From Gemmatimonas sp. (GTDB taxonomy: Bacteria; Gemmatimonadota; Gemmatimonadetes; Gemmatimonadales; Gemmatimonadaceae): a stretch of DNA of 64,000 nucleotides. The stretch is from positions 1 through 64,000 of the forward strand of contig JANNVQ010000038.1 in assembly GCA_031414535.1 (NCBI GenBank), in the 5' to 3' direction. Positions 46,432-56,514 of the stretch are shown piece after piece. Numbering within the stretch: the stretch's first letter is position 1; every line of letters starts with the position of its first letter. The translations under genes and the position numbers were made by a program. Under the pieces are notes generated by a model, which was not told where the DNA came from, made no database searches, and saw only the letters and a list, made by a program, of their open reading frames with translations.

Positions 46432-46563
46432 TTCACCACGGAGGCACGGAGGCACAGAGGGTGCACGGAGCTTCTTTTGGGGGTCTTGCACCGATGCTTT
46501 CTCTCTCAGCGGACGGCTATGGCTGCTCTCGCAGTCTCCGAGCCTCCGTGTCTCCGTGGTGAA
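46432..46563. mobile_element. MITE/REP-like element, copy 2 (132 bp)
   Basis: TTCACCACGGAGGCACGGAGGC / GCCTCCGTGTCTCCGTGGTGAA terminal inverted repeats; internal similarity to copy 1. Confidence 0.72.
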
Positions 46564-46648
46564 ACGCACTTCCGTCAGTTGATCAGCACTGCCTTGGCGA
46601 ATATGGTCACCACGCGCCAAACTGTCCTTCGTCGTTTAGGATGATGGG

Positions 46649-48613
46649 ATGAACGACATCCGCGATTTGCTCGTCGAGAACCGCTCATTCCCGCCGGCGC
46701 CCGAGTTCAGCGCCAAGGCCCATGTTCGCGACCGCTCGCTGCACGAGGCCGCTGAGCGCGATTACTTGGCGTATTGGGCCGACCAGGCCCGCACGCTCAA
46801 GTGGACGAAGCCATGGTCGAGCGTGCTCGAATGGAAGGCGCCGCACGCCAAGTGGTTTTTGGGCGGTCAACTGAACGTCAGTGAGAACTGCCTTGACCGG
46901 CATCTCGACTCGGCGCGCCGCAACAAGGCGGCTATCGTTTGGGAGGGAGAGCCTGGCGACCGTCGCACATTGACGTACTGGGAGCTGGCGCGTGAGGTGC
47001 GCACCTTCGCCAACGTGCTCAAGTCGCTCGGCGTGGAGAAGGGCGACCGCGTGGGCCTCTATTTACCGCTTGTACCGGAAGCAGCCATCGCGATGCTCGC
47101 CTGCGCGCGCATTGGCGCCATTCACTCCGTGGTGTTTGGTGGATTCTCCCCGGAGTCATTGCGCGACCGCATGAACGACGCCGAGGCCAAGGTGGTTATT
47201 ACGGCCGACGGCGGATATCGCCGCGGGCAGATTGTGCCCCTGAAGCGCAACACTGACAAGGCGCTCGAGGGATGCCCGACGGTGAAGCACGTGGTGGTAG
47301 TGCAGCGCCGTACCTCGGGACCGATCTCGGAAGCGCACGTGGACATGCAGGAAGGCCGCGACCACTGGTATCACCGCCTCATGCAGCACGCCAGCGATGT
47401 GTGCCCACCCGAGCCGATGGACGCCGAGGACGTGCTCTTCATCCTCTACACCTCTGGCACGACGGGAAAGCCCAAGGGCATCGTGCACAGCACCGGCGGC
47501 TACCTCACCGGCGTGGCGAGTTCTACGAAGCTCGTGTTCGACTTGAAGGAAGAAGACGTGTTCTGGTGCACCGCCGATGTGGGTTGGATTACCGGGCACA
47601 GCTATCTCGTGTACGGACCGCTCGCCAACGGCGCGACCTGCGTGATGTACGAAGGCGCGCCCGACTGGCCGGAGCGCGATCGCTTTTGGAGCATCATCGC
47701 TCGGCACGGCGTGACGATTCTGTACACGGCACCGACGGCTATCCGCGCCTTCATGAAGTGGGGCGTGGAGCATCCGCAGCGGCATAACCTCTCTTCGCTG
47801 CGCTTGTTAGGATCGGTGGGCGAGCCGATCAATCCCGAAGCGTGGATGTGGTATCAGGAGCACATCGGTGGTTTGCGCTGCCCCATCGTGGATACCTGGT
47901 GGCAGACGGAGACCGGCTCCATCGTGATTTCTCCACTGCCTGGCCTCACCGCCACCAAGCCTGGCTCGGCGACCACTGCCCTCCCCGGCTACTCCGCCAC
48001 GCTCCTCGACAACGAAGCCAAGGAACTCACGAGCGGCGGGGGATTGCTGGTCCTCACAAAGCCTTGGCCCTCAATGCTACGCACCATTTGGGGCGACGAT
48101 GCTCGCTACGTGGAGACCTACTTCTCCAAGTGGGCTGGGCGGCCCGACATCTACTTCGCCGGCGACGGCGCCAAACGCGATGCCGACGGGTTCTTCTGGC
48201 TCCTCGGCCGCGTGGATGACGTGCTCAATGTTGCAGGGCACCGCATTGGGACCATGGAAGTGGAATCCGCGCTCGTGGAGCACCCGGCGGTCGCCGAGGC
48301 GGCGGTGGTTGGCAAGACGCACGAACTGAAGGGTCAGGCCGTGGCGGCCTTCGTCACGCTACGGGACGGATTCCACAAGAGTTCGTCGCTGCGGGATGAA
48401 CTGCGGGAGTTCGTGGCGATGAAGATCGGCGCACTCGCGCGGCCGGACGACATTCTCTTTTCGGCGGATCTTCCCAAGACACGCTCGGGCAAGATCATGC
48501 GGCGCCTGTTGCGCGACATCGCTGAGGGACGGGCCCTCGGGGACACCACCACGCTGGCTGACCCCAGCGTGGTGGCATCGCTCAAATCACAGTACGAGGA
48601 TCAAGAAGGCTAG
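46649..48613 (+). CDS. acs: Acetyl-CoA synthetase
   Basis: [44 protein letters not shown]. Confidence 0.97.
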   Translation: MNDIRDLLVENRSFPPAPEFSAKAHVRDRSLHEAAERDYLAYWADQARTLKWTKPWSSVLEWKAPHAKWFLGGQLNVSENCLDRHLDSARRNKAAIVWEGEPGDRRTLTYWELAREVRTFANVLKSLGVEKGDRVGLYLPLVPEAAIAMLACARIGAIHSVVFGGFSPESLRDRMNDAEAKVVITADGGYRRGQIVPLKRNTDKALEGCPTVKHVVVVQRRTSGPISEAHVDMQEGRDHWYHRLMQHASDVCPPEPMDAEDVLFILYTSGTTGKPKGIVHSTGGYLTGVASSTKLVFDLKEEDVFWCTADVGWITGHSYLVYGPLANGATCVMYEGAPDWPERDRFWSIIARHGVTILYTAPTAIRAFMKWGVEHPQRHNLSSLRLLGSVGEPINPEAWMWYQEHIGGLRCPIVDTWWQTETGSIVISPLPGLTATKPGSATTALPGYSATLLDNEAKELTSGGGLLVLTKPWPSMLRTIWGDDARYVETYFSKWAGRPDIYFAGDGAKRDADGFFWLLGRVDDVLNVAGHRIGTMEVESALVEHPAVAEAAVVGKTHELKGQAVAAFVTLRDGFHKSSSLRDELREFVAMKIGALARPDDILFSADLPKTRSGKIMRRLLRDIAEGRALGDTTTLADPSVVASLKSQYEDQEG

Positions 48614-48615
48614 GC

Positions 48616-49323
48616 TCAGTTCCGGACGGGTGCCGGAACCGCCGGGGTGGCGGCGGCTTTGGCCTCGTCCACGTACTTCTTGAAATTGTCGTAGGTGATG
48701 CTGCCTTCCACGAGCTGACCGCCAATGACAAACGACGGCGTGGAGCGCACCCTCAGACGCACCGCTTCGTCGCGGTTGGCCATGATCTGCGGCAGCATTC
48801 GCCCGGAGTCAAAGCAGTCGTTCCACTTGGCCATATCGAGTCCAATCTGTTTGACGTAGCCCTCGAGCACGCGCTTGGGGCTACGAGTGGCCTGCGAGTT
48901 CCAATCGAACTGGCCGGCGAAGATGAGATCATGCATTTCCCAGAACTTTCCCTGTTCGTTGGCACAATGTGCGGCATTGTGCGCCGGGATGGCGTTGGGA
49001 TGGATTTCGAGCGGAAGGTCAAAGAAGCGGATGGCGACTTCGCCGGTGGCGACGAGGCGTTGCATGACGTCGGGGCCGGTGACCGTGGCGAAGTTGCCGC
49101 AGGCCGGGCATTCGAAGTCCGCAAACTCCATGACCTGCACGGGCGCGTTGGGATTGCCCTTGAGGATACCGGCAGCCGCAACGCGCGGCAGCGTCGTGGG
49201 ATCGAGCGTGATGGCCTGACGGGGACGTGACATCACGTAGCCGAGCGTAGCGACGCCGACCACCGCAACGACGGCGACGATGGCAGTGAAGGGACTCTTG
49301 GAACTAGACGACTTTCGGGCCAC
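48616..49323 (-). CDS. DsbA-like thioredoxin-fold oxidoreductase
   Basis: N-terminal TM, FADFECPAC, QGKFWEMHD, STPSF cis-Pro loop. Confidence 0.9.
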   Translation of the reverse strand: MARKSSSSKSPFTAIVAVVAVVGVATLGYVMSRPRQAITLDPTTLPRVAAAGILKGNPNAPVQVMEFADFECPACGNFATVTGPDVMQRLVATGEVAIRFFDLPLEIHPNAIPAHNAAHCANEQGKFWEMHDLIFAGQFDWNSQATRSPKRVLEGYVKQIGLDMAKWNDCFDSGRMLPQIMANRDEAVRLRVRSTPSFVIGGQLVEGSITYDNFKKYVDEAKAAATPAVPAPVRN

Positions 49324-49466
49324 GGGATTTGCTCCGGGAGGGGCTTCAGAGGAGGGAGAACTCTGGGAAGGTATCTGGCTTGGTGGGGTATGAGAATGGC
49401 CAAGCTCCGATTAGCTTTCGGACGTGGGCGGAACCGACCGTCCACACGCAACTCACACGGGAAGAG

Positions 49467-49745
49467 ATGAGTAGACAGAAGAGTCGTAGCCGGCCCTCGG
49501 CTGCTGCGCCGTCAGCAATGGACGAAGCGCGTAACGAGCTGTTCCAGCACATCATGAGCTGCGGCGTCATTGGTTCGCAGCCTGAGCACCAGGTCGAGTG
49601 GTTTAACGAGACGATGAACTATTTCTCGGAACGCTACCACGAGCTGAGCAAGCAACAGATTGCAGACCTGCGGGTTCTCGGAGAGCGGTTCGCTGCGCCT
49701 CCGGTGAAGAAGTCGGCCTCGGCCGACGCGGTCAGCGCCGCCTGA
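49467..49745 (+). CDS. Hypothetical protein (92 aa)
   Basis: Purine-rich RBS, coding-like composition, own terminator. Confidence 0.65.
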   Translation: MSRQKSRSRPSAAAPSAMDEARNELFQHIMSCGVIGSQPEHQVEWFNETMNYFSERYHELSKQQIADLRVLGERFAAPPVKKSASADAVSAA

Positions 49746-49752
49746 AGCACCC

Positions 49753-49781
49753 GAAGCCCCGACCTCGCGTCGGGGCTTCTT
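49753..49781 (+). terminator. Rho-independent terminator
   Basis: gaagccccgac-ctcgc-gtcggggcttc followed by tt. Confidence 0.75.
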
Positions 49782-49804
49782 GCGTTCAGGCCTAGCCAGC
49801 TAGG

Positions 49805-50353
49805 TCAGCGGGACCCGTCGCCGCGACTCCGGCGCCAAGTTGCGCCTAGGCGGAGTCCACTGCCAATTCCGAGCTCGAGGGCCCAGACGCCGGCGCTTCT
49901 GCGGCGGCCTTCGATGCCGAGAATGAACAGCATCGCGGGATCGTCAGCACCGATGCCGGATCCGAGAAATCGTTGGCTTAGGCCCACGCCGCCGTAGATG
50001 CCTTTGCAGAGGGTGCCGACCTCCGGGCGACGGCAGCCCGGAGCCTCAAAAAATGGATCGAGGTGAAAGCGCACGGCGCCTTCGACTCGGGCCAGGCCGA
50101 CGGTGGCCGCGTCCCGACGTAGGGCGCCTCCGAGGACGGCCAGCGAAGCGCGAACGTACCAACCAGCGCGGATGTTGACGCCCGGCCCAAACTGGAACTC
50201 TGGGTCATCGCCCACAGGCAGGACGGCGCGCATCTCAAGGACTGGCGAGGGCGCCACGTAGCGCGGATCCGCGCGCGGATCTGCGCCGGGTGCGCGCTGC
50301 GCGGCCAGGGCTGGAGCCCAGATTAGAGCAAGGGCGATGAGGAGTACCTGCAT
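49805..50353 (-). CDS. Hypothetical exported protein, possible small beta-barrel
   Basis: Signal peptide ALAA|Q, alternating strands. Confidence 0.55.
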   Translation of the reverse strand: MQVLLIALALIWAPALAAQRAPGADPRADPRYVAPSPVLEMRAVLPVGDDPEFQFGPGVNIRAGWYVRASLAVLGGALRRDAATVGLARVEGAVRFHLDPFFEAPGCRRPEVGTLCKGIYGGVGLSQRFLGSGIGADDPAMLFILGIEGRRRSAGVWALELGIGSGLRLGATWRRSRGDGSR

Positions 50354-50479
50354 TCCGCAAAGCTAGCGGGGCAAGCGTATGCGACACCACAGCTTGCGAC
50401 GCCCGCCGCCTCTGGGGTAGCTTCGCTAAGTACCCTTCAGGATTCACTGGGTACCTTACTCGCACTACCAGAGGCTCCG

Positions 50480-50944
50480 ATGACGGACACAGTCGCGCTG
50501 CTGCGCGGCGTCGCCATCTTCAAAGATCTCGACGACGGGGAGTTAGCCCGCGTCGCAGAAGTATGTCGCACCAAGGAGTTCGTCTCCGGTGAGTACATCT
50601 TTAAGGAAGGCGAGGCCGGTAGCCGCTTGTATTTGATCGTGGAAGGCGACGTGCGCATCTCGCGCGTGGTCCCGGGCAGCGGTGAGGAAGCCTTGGCCGT
50701 CTTGAAGCCTGGCGCGCTGTTTGGCGAGATGTCCGTGTTTGATCGCAGCGAGCGCTCCACCGACGCCATCTCCAACGGCGGCACCAAGGTGCTGACCATC
50801 TCACGCAGCGACTTCGAGTTGTTGCTCGATTTCAATCGCGAAATCGCGTACAAGGTACTCTGGAGCTGCACTCGGCTACTCTCGGGGCGACTCAGAGCCA
50901 CGAATGACTCGCTGAGATCTTTCCTCGCGATGTCAATGTTCTAA
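50480..50944 (+). CDS. Stand-alone cyclic nucleotide-binding domain protein
   Basis: IFKEGEAG, LYLIVEGDV, FGEMSVFDRSERSTDA phosphate-binding cassette; no HTH. Confidence 0.9.
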   Translation: MTDTVALLRGVAIFKDLDDGELARVAEVCRTKEFVSGEYIFKEGEAGSRLYLIVEGDVRISRVVPGSGEEALAVLKPGALFGEMSVFDRSERSTDAISNGGTKVLTISRSDFELLLDFNREIAYKVLWSCTRLLSGRLRATNDSLRSFLAMSMF

Positions 50945-50954
50945 GGGCGAACAG

Positions 50955-51071
50955 ATGACGGAAGACGGATGACGGAAGGGAACCTCACCTTTCCCCCTCA
51001 TCCCTTCTTCCCTTCACCTTTCGCTCTTCATTACTTCGCTTTTCTCTTTCGCTCTTCGCTCCTCGCTCTTC
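50955..51071 (+). repeat. GACGGAW heptamers followed by a pyrimidine-rich degenerate TTCGCTC tract
   Basis: atgacggaagacggatgacggaag, then tttcgctcttcgctcctcgctcttc. Confidence 0.7.
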
Positions 51072-51073
51072 TT

Positions 51074-52405
51074 ATGCGCCTTTTCCTTTGCGCTGCGGCG
51101 CTGATCCCGTCCGTCCTCTTCGCCCAAGCCCCCAGCACCATGGGCTTGCAGCGTGATCCGAAGATTGCCGCCGCGCTCGCCGACATCTCCCCGGCTCGCC
51201 TGCGCGCGCTCGACTCTGTGCTCGTGACCTTCGGCACGCGACACACGATGAGCGACACGGTATCGAACACGCGCGGCGTGGGTGCGGCGCGGCGTTGGAT
51301 CTACTCGCAGCTGCAGCAGGCTTCGCGCGATTGCAACGGCTGCCTTCGCGTGGAATACGACACAGGCTCCGCCGTCATCACGCGGCACATCGAGCGGCCC
51401 ACGTGGCCAATCGTGAACGTGGTGGCGTGGCTGCCCGGCAGAGACACAAACCGCGTGGTGGTGATTGGCGGACACTTTGACTCCTGCGTCTGCTCTTCAC
51501 CGAATCCGATGGACGCCACCGGCGATGCGCCGGGTGCCGATGACGACGGCTCGGGCACGGTTGCCGTGATGGAGCTCGCGCGCGTGGTGGGGAAGCACTT
51601 CCCGCAGGGTGTGGACGCGACCATCGCCTTCGTGCTCTACACGGGTGAGGAGCAGGGCCTGCTTGGCTCCACGCAATTCGCCGAGCGTTTGCAGCGCGAG
51701 GGCAAGACGGTGACCGCCGCCTTCACCGATGACATCATTGGCAATGTGGTGGCCGACGATGGACGCGTGGACTCCAGCTCGGTCCGCGTGTTTGCCGTGG
51801 ACTCACTCGCAGTAGGAGGCGGCGAACTCGCGCGCTACGTGTGGGCCGTGGGCGCGGTGTACCAACCGAACTTTGAAGTGCTACCCGTGCTGCGCCTCGA
51901 CCGACTCGGCCGCGGTGGCGATCACGCACCATTTCATCGTCTGGGCGTGCCCGCACTCCGCTTCTCGGAACGTCTTGAGAACTACAAGCGGCAGCATTTG
52001 GTGACAGACGTCTTTGAACACGTGAACTTTGGGTACATCGCCAAGGTGGCGCGCTTGAACTTGGCCACCGTGGTGTCGCTGGCATCTGCGCCCTCCCGCC
52101 CCGTGCGCACCGCCTATGGCCGCGATCGTGAGTCGGGAGGGCAGAGCTTTCAGATTCGCTGGGATACCGTGCCTGGGGTGGCCGGTTATGAGTTGCTCGT
52201 GCGTCGCACCACAGCGCCCACCTACACGCGCATTGTGCCGACGGGCAACCTCACGCAGTTCCTGCTCGACGAGCAGTTAGATGATGTGTGGGTGGGCGTG
52301 CGCGCGATTGGACCCAACGGACACCGCTCGCTCACCACGGTCGTCGGCGCGCCCAATGGCCCGCGTCTTCCGAACTTGCCGCGGCGTAGCGAGCCGCAGC
52401 CCTGA
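51074..52405 (+). CDS. M28 family peptidase with C-terminal FN3-like domain
   Basis: Signal VLFA|Q, GGHFDS, PGADDDGSG, GEEQGL, GGDH; start reassigned to 51074. Confidence 0.87.
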   Translation: MRLFLCAAALIPSVLFAQAPSTMGLQRDPKIAAALADISPARLRALDSVLVTFGTRHTMSDTVSNTRGVGAARRWIYSQLQQASRDCNGCLRVEYDTGSAVITRHIERPTWPIVNVVAWLPGRDTNRVVVIGGHFDSCVCSSPNPMDATGDAPGADDDGSGTVAVMELARVVGKHFPQGVDATIAFVLYTGEEQGLLGSTQFAERLQREGKTVTAAFTDDIIGNVVADDGRVDSSSVRVFAVDSLAVGGGELARYVWAVGAVYQPNFEVLPVLRLDRLGRGGDHAPFHRLGVPALRFSERLENYKRQHLVTDVFEHVNFGYIAKVARLNLATVVSLASAPSRPVRTAYGRDRESGGQSFQIRWDTVPGVAGYELLVRRTTAPTYTRIVPTGNLTQFLLDEQLDDVWVGVRAIGPNGHRSLTTVVGAPNGPRLPNLPRRSEPQP

Positions 52406-52423
52406 GCAGGTGTTGAGTAGCCA

Positions 52424-53149
52424 GTGAGCGCGTTCGCGGGCTTTCGGCCTGAGTCCCTGAAGTTTTTAAAGGGACTCAAGCGACATAACGACAAGCCGTG
52501 GTTCGAGGCCAATCGGCCGGTGTACGAACGCGCGGTGAAGCAGCCCTTGCTGCACCTCGCAGAAGAACTGGATATCCGCTTTGCGAAGCTCGCGCCTGAA
52601 TTCGTGGCGCCCCCGAAGCGCGCCTTGTTTCGAATTCACCGGGACGTGCGCTTCTCGAAGGACAAGTCGCCGTACAAGACGCACGCGGCGCTCTGGGTCT
52701 TTCATCGGGATGCTGGGCGTGGGGTGGGGAGCGAAGCACACGGCGGCGCGGGCTTCTATTTCCACTTGGAGCCGGGGGCGTCGTTGGTCGCCGCGGGATA
52801 CTGGATGCCGCCGCGGCCCGCTCTGAATATCATTCGCGAACGACTCGCCGAGGACTATGCGTCCTTCGCGAAGCTCGTGAATGCCAGCCCATTCAAGAAG
52901 CGCTTTGGTGGACTCACGGATGATGAAGCCGGTGTACGACTGACCCGCGTCCCGCGCGGATTTTCGCCAGATCATCCCGCCGCGGACTGGCTGCGCTTCG
53001 CGTCATTTACCGCGTCACGAGCTCTCACGGACGCTGAAGCGCTCTCACCAAAACTGGTGGACGCAATCCTCAAGGATTACGCGCTGATGCTTCCGATGGT
53101 GCGCTGGCTAAACGGTACCCTCGGGCACGCCGCGGCCACGCGGCGCTAG
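52424..53149 (+). CDS. DUF2461 family protein
   Basis: HNDKPWFEANR, FRIHRDVRFSKDKSPYKT, GFYFHLEP. Confidence 0.9.
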   Translation: MSAFAGFRPESLKFLKGLKRHNDKPWFEANRPVYERAVKQPLLHLAEELDIRFAKLAPEFVAPPKRALFRIHRDVRFSKDKSPYKTHAALWVFHRDAGRGVGSEAHGGAGFYFHLEPGASLVAAGYWMPPRPALNIIRERLAEDYASFAKLVNASPFKKRFGGLTDDEAGVRLTRVPRGFSPDHPAADWLRFASFTASRALTDAEALSPKLVDAILKDYALMLPMVRWLNGTLGHAAATRR

Positions 53150-55764
53150 ACCCGGCCGCGTACCACGCCTTCCACTCGCCGCGACGGGTCAAACAAGCGC
53201 TGGGCGAGTGCCTGCATCGTCTCTGGCGTCACCTTCGCTAGCTCATGAGGGTAGCGCGCGATCTCCTCAAGCTCTCCAAACAGGAATGCATCGGCGAGCT
53301 CGCTGAGCAAAGCAGCGCCGCTGGCCTGCCGAATCTGCCAAGCTCCCACTGAGTACTGGCGCGCCCGCTCCAACTCCTCGGGCCCGACCGCATGCAAGCA
53401 AAGCTTCTCGAACTCGGCGAGGAGTGCCTGACGTGCGGTGTCTTCTTTGGCAGGTGATGTCGCGATGTAGGCGGCAAAGGTCCCGCCTGCCGCGCGCGCG
53501 TAGGGCCGAGCGATCACGGTGTACGCGAGCGACTGCCGATCACGCAGTTCCTCAAAGAACCGGCCACCCAAGCCACTGGCAACACCGCCAATCATCTCGG
53601 CGTCGAAGCGTGCGGGATTATCGCGCGAGGGCCCATCGAAGAATATCGAGAGTGCGGTCTGCTGCTTCTCACGGGGTTCCACGCGCACTGCGACTTCGCG
53701 AGGCCAATCGGGACGAGGCACCTTGGGACGAGCAGCGAGCTGCAACGCGCCAAACACGGTGGCGAGTTGATCTGCGGTGCTCTGCGGATCAACATCCCCG
53801 ACCACGGCAATGACGGCGGCGGAGCGCAACACCCGCTGGGCGTGCCAGTCCTTTAGCACGCCGGTCGTGAGCAAGTTGAGGCTCTCTTCGGTACCGATGG
53901 TAGAGCGACCGTAGGGATGATTGGGCCACGCAACCTCCGCCGCGAGGCGCATCGGCTGGCGATACATGTCGTCGCGCAGCGCACCAAGCGAAGCGAGCGC
54001 CACGGCGCGTTCTGCCTCGAGTCCCTCTTCGGGGAAGGTGGGTTCGAGCAGTACTTCTGCGAGCAGGGTGGATGCTTCGGCCAGTCTCGCCGTGGGTACG
54101 CCGATCGTCCACTGCACGGCCTCGGTGCCCACGGAAGTGGACATCGAGCCACCGAGTCGCTCAGCATCCTCGGCGAGCTGTGTGGCGCTGCGCTTGGCGG
54201 TGCCGCGGAGCATTGTGCGTGCCATCACGGTGGACACGCCGCCGCGCTCAAGCAGTTCTTCCACCACGCCACCAGCAATGAAGCACCCCACGTGCGCGAG
54301 CCCAGCGCCTCGGCGCGGCTTGACGAGAATCGGAACACCGCCTGCCGTGCGAAACACGTGGACGCCATCTACGACGCGTTCCTTGATTGCAGGTGTGGGC
54401 GTGACGCGAACGATCGCCTCGCGACGCGGGGATTGCGGCAGCGCGGCGATGCCGGGCGCCTCGAGTAGCGCCCGCACTTCGTCGGCGTTCGCGCCTAGCG
54501 CAGTTGCATCGCGCGGGCGGTAGGCGACGATGGAGGCGTGCTCGGGGTCCAGCCAGCGCTGGGCTACCGCCGTGAGTCCGGCGGCATCGGTGCTGAGCAG
54601 TGCCTTCTGGTACGCGATGCCGTCTTCCCAGCCGCCGCTCAACTCCCACGAGCCAAGGAAGTTGGCTTGGCCTTCGGCGCTTTCGAGGCGGCGCAGCCAC
54701 TGGGCTTCCACGAGTTGGCGCGCGCGATCCACTTCGTCGCCGCTAATCTCACCGGCCCGGACACGGCGCAACTGATCATGAATGGTGCGCGCGGCCTCAG
54801 CGGCCTTGTCGGCCGGCGCTGAGGCGTGCACCACGAAGACGCCAACTTCCGTGGGCGTGTAGTTGTAGGCGCTGATGCTGGAGACGAGGCGCCGATCGCG
54901 CGTGGCGCGGACGAGTCGCGCCGCCCGTCCGGAGGAGAGCACTGTACCCAGCAGGTCGAGCGCCGGTGCATCCGGATGATTCGCCGCGGGTGTGCGCCAG
55001 CCGAATACGAGTTCCGTCTGCGAGATGTCACCGGCCCATTCGCGGACGCGGAATCCTGGAAGCGCATCCTCCTGCGGCCCCGGCGTACGCGTCACCGGCG
55101 CATCCGCGAGGTGAGCGTATCGCTTGGTCGCCTCGGCAATAGCAAGGTCGGGGTCTACGTCGCCGACGATGGCGACCACTGTGTTGGATGGCCGGTAGTA
55201 ATTGCGATAGAACGCGACGAGCTGTTCGCGCGTGAAGGTCCGCAGTGGGGCTTCACGTCCCATGCGCCAGCGGCGGATGCGATGCTTATCGTGAAGTAAT
55301 TCGAACATCGTCTCCAGCGCCAGCGGTCCAGCGGAGTCGGCCTTGCGCTTGGTTTCCTCGATGATGACTTCGAGCTCACGCCGCAGTTCGTCCGCATCAA
55401 TCACGGAGTTGGCATAGGCGTCAGCCTGCACTTCGAGGCCCGCGAGGAAGCCGCTGGCGGGCAGCACCGCGTAGTAGTGCGTGCGGTCGTAGATGGTGCC
55501 GGCGTTGAGGTAACCGCCGGCCATCTTGGTGGCGCGCGCGATCTCGCCCACCCCGCGTGTGGGCGTGCCCTTGAAGTACATGTGCTCCAGGACATGCGCG
55601 ATGCCCACGAGGTCGTCTGGCTCGTCGAAGTAGCCGGCGTTCACCCACGTGACAATGGCCACCACCGGCGCCGTGGTATCACGGCGCGCGAGTAGTGTCA
55701 GGCCGTTGGAAAGACGGACGCGCCTGACACTTTCAGGAGGCAGCAGTGAGGTGACGCTCGACAT
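53146..55764 (-). CDS. M16 (pitrilysin) zinc protease, two fused halves
   Basis: HVLEHMYFKGT inverted zinc motif, LNAGT, ELRDRQSLAY. Confidence 0.93.
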   Translation of the reverse strand: MSSVTSLLPPESVRRVRLSNGLTLLARRDTTAPVVAIVTWVNAGYFDEPDDLVGIAHVLEHMYFKGTPTRGVGEIARATKMAGGYLNAGTIYDRTHYYAVLPASGFLAGLEVQADAYANSVIDADELRRELEVIIEETKRKADSAGPLALETMFELLHDKHRIRRWRMGREAPLRTFTREQLVAFYRNYYRPSNTVVAIVGDVDPDLAIAEATKRYAHLADAPVTRTPGPQEDALPGFRVREWAGDISQTELVFGWRTPAANHPDAPALDLLGTVLSSGRAARLVRATRDRRLVSSISAYNYTPTEVGVFVVHASAPADKAAEAARTIHDQLRRVRAGEISGDEVDRARQLVEAQWLRRLESAEGQANFLGSWELSGGWEDGIAYQKALLSTDAAGLTAVAQRWLDPEHASIVAYRPRDATALGANADEVRALLEAPGIAALPQSPRREAIVRVTPTPAIKERVVDGVHVFRTAGGVPILVKPRRGAGLAHVGCFIAGGVVEELLERGGVSTVMARTMLRGTAKRSATQLAEDAERLGGSMSTSVGTEAVQWTIGVPTARLAEASTLLAEVLLEPTFPEEGLEAERAVALASLGALRDDMYRQPMRLAAEVAWPNHPYGRSTIGTEESLNLLTTGVLKDWHAQRVLRSAAVIAVVGDVDPQSTADQLATVFGALQLAARPKVPRPDWPREVAVRVEPREKQQTALSIFFDGPSRDNPARFDAEMIGGVASGLGGRFFEELRDRQSLAYTVIARPYARAAGGTFAAYIATSPAKEDTARQALLAEFEKLCLHAVGPEELERARQYSVGAWQIRQASGAALLSELADAFLFGELEEIARYPHELAKVTPETMQALAQRLFDPSRRVEGVVRGRV

Positions 55765-55770
55765 TCCTGC

Positions 55771-56514
55771 TCAACGCACCAGGGCTGAGCGGCGCATGAC
55801 GATCAGGCCTGCGACCAGCAAACCGAGACCATAGCCGACGACGTGAATGAGGTCGGTGGTCTGGAAGGTGTTGCCTTCCACAAGGGCCTTGGAGAGCTGC
55901 GCCATCGTCTCGATGGGCGGCAGGCCACGGGCCACGGGCTCCATCCAGTCGGGCAGCAGGTCCTGCGTCGACAACTGCTGCAGCGTACGAATGATGACAA
56001 AGGACAGAATGAGCGCGAGCCCATCGCGATTCGTGAGTGCGGCGGCGAGAACCGTCAGACCACCAATCAGCACGAGGGAGATAGCGAACGCTCCGATTGA
56101 GCCAAGTACGTTCACATCCGTCATGAACAACTCAATGGCCCCGGGCACAATACCGAACAAGGCCAAAAAGAGCAGCATCCCGACAACGAATCGTTGCAGG
56201 TAATAGTTGACCGGATTGACTTGGCGCGAAAAGAAGAACCGAACGTGTTGCTTGTCACGATCCAAAGCCACGCTCGACGACATGAACAGGAAGGCCCCGA
56301 GCGTGATGGCCAGCGAGGCCACGCTCTGGTAAATGGCCTTCACCGTATCCGCCTGCGTCGAATTGTTGGCCAGATCCACCACGTCCTGGCCATTTAAGAA
56401 GGCATATGTGGGAATGCCGCCCACGACGAGAAGAATGGCGAGCGGTGCGAGCCCTCGGACGGCCATTTCGCGGGCTTGCCAGGGGAGATACGCCAATAAG
56501 GGTCGTAGCGTCAT
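55771..56514 (-). CDS. ABC transporter permease
   Basis: About 6 TM segments, coupled to an ABC ATPase. Confidence 0.7.
   Translation of the reverse strand: MTLRPLLAYLPWQAREMAVRGLAPLAILLVVGGIPTYAFLNGQDVVDLANNSTQADTVKAIYQSVASLAITLGAFLFMSSSVALDRDKQHVRFFFSRQVNPVNYYLQRFVVGMLLFLALFGIVPGAIELFMTDVNVLGSIGAFAISLVLIGGLTVLAAALTNRDGLALILSFVIIRTLQQLSTQDLLPDWMEPVARGLPPIETMAQLSKALVEGNTFQTTDLIHVVGYGLGLLVAGLIVMRRSALVR

Noticed and set aside
50969..51073. Phe/Pro/Leu-rich N-terminal extension of the M28 peptidase
   Set aside because: It derives from the pyrimidine-rich repeat tract; the signal peptide begins at ATG 51074.
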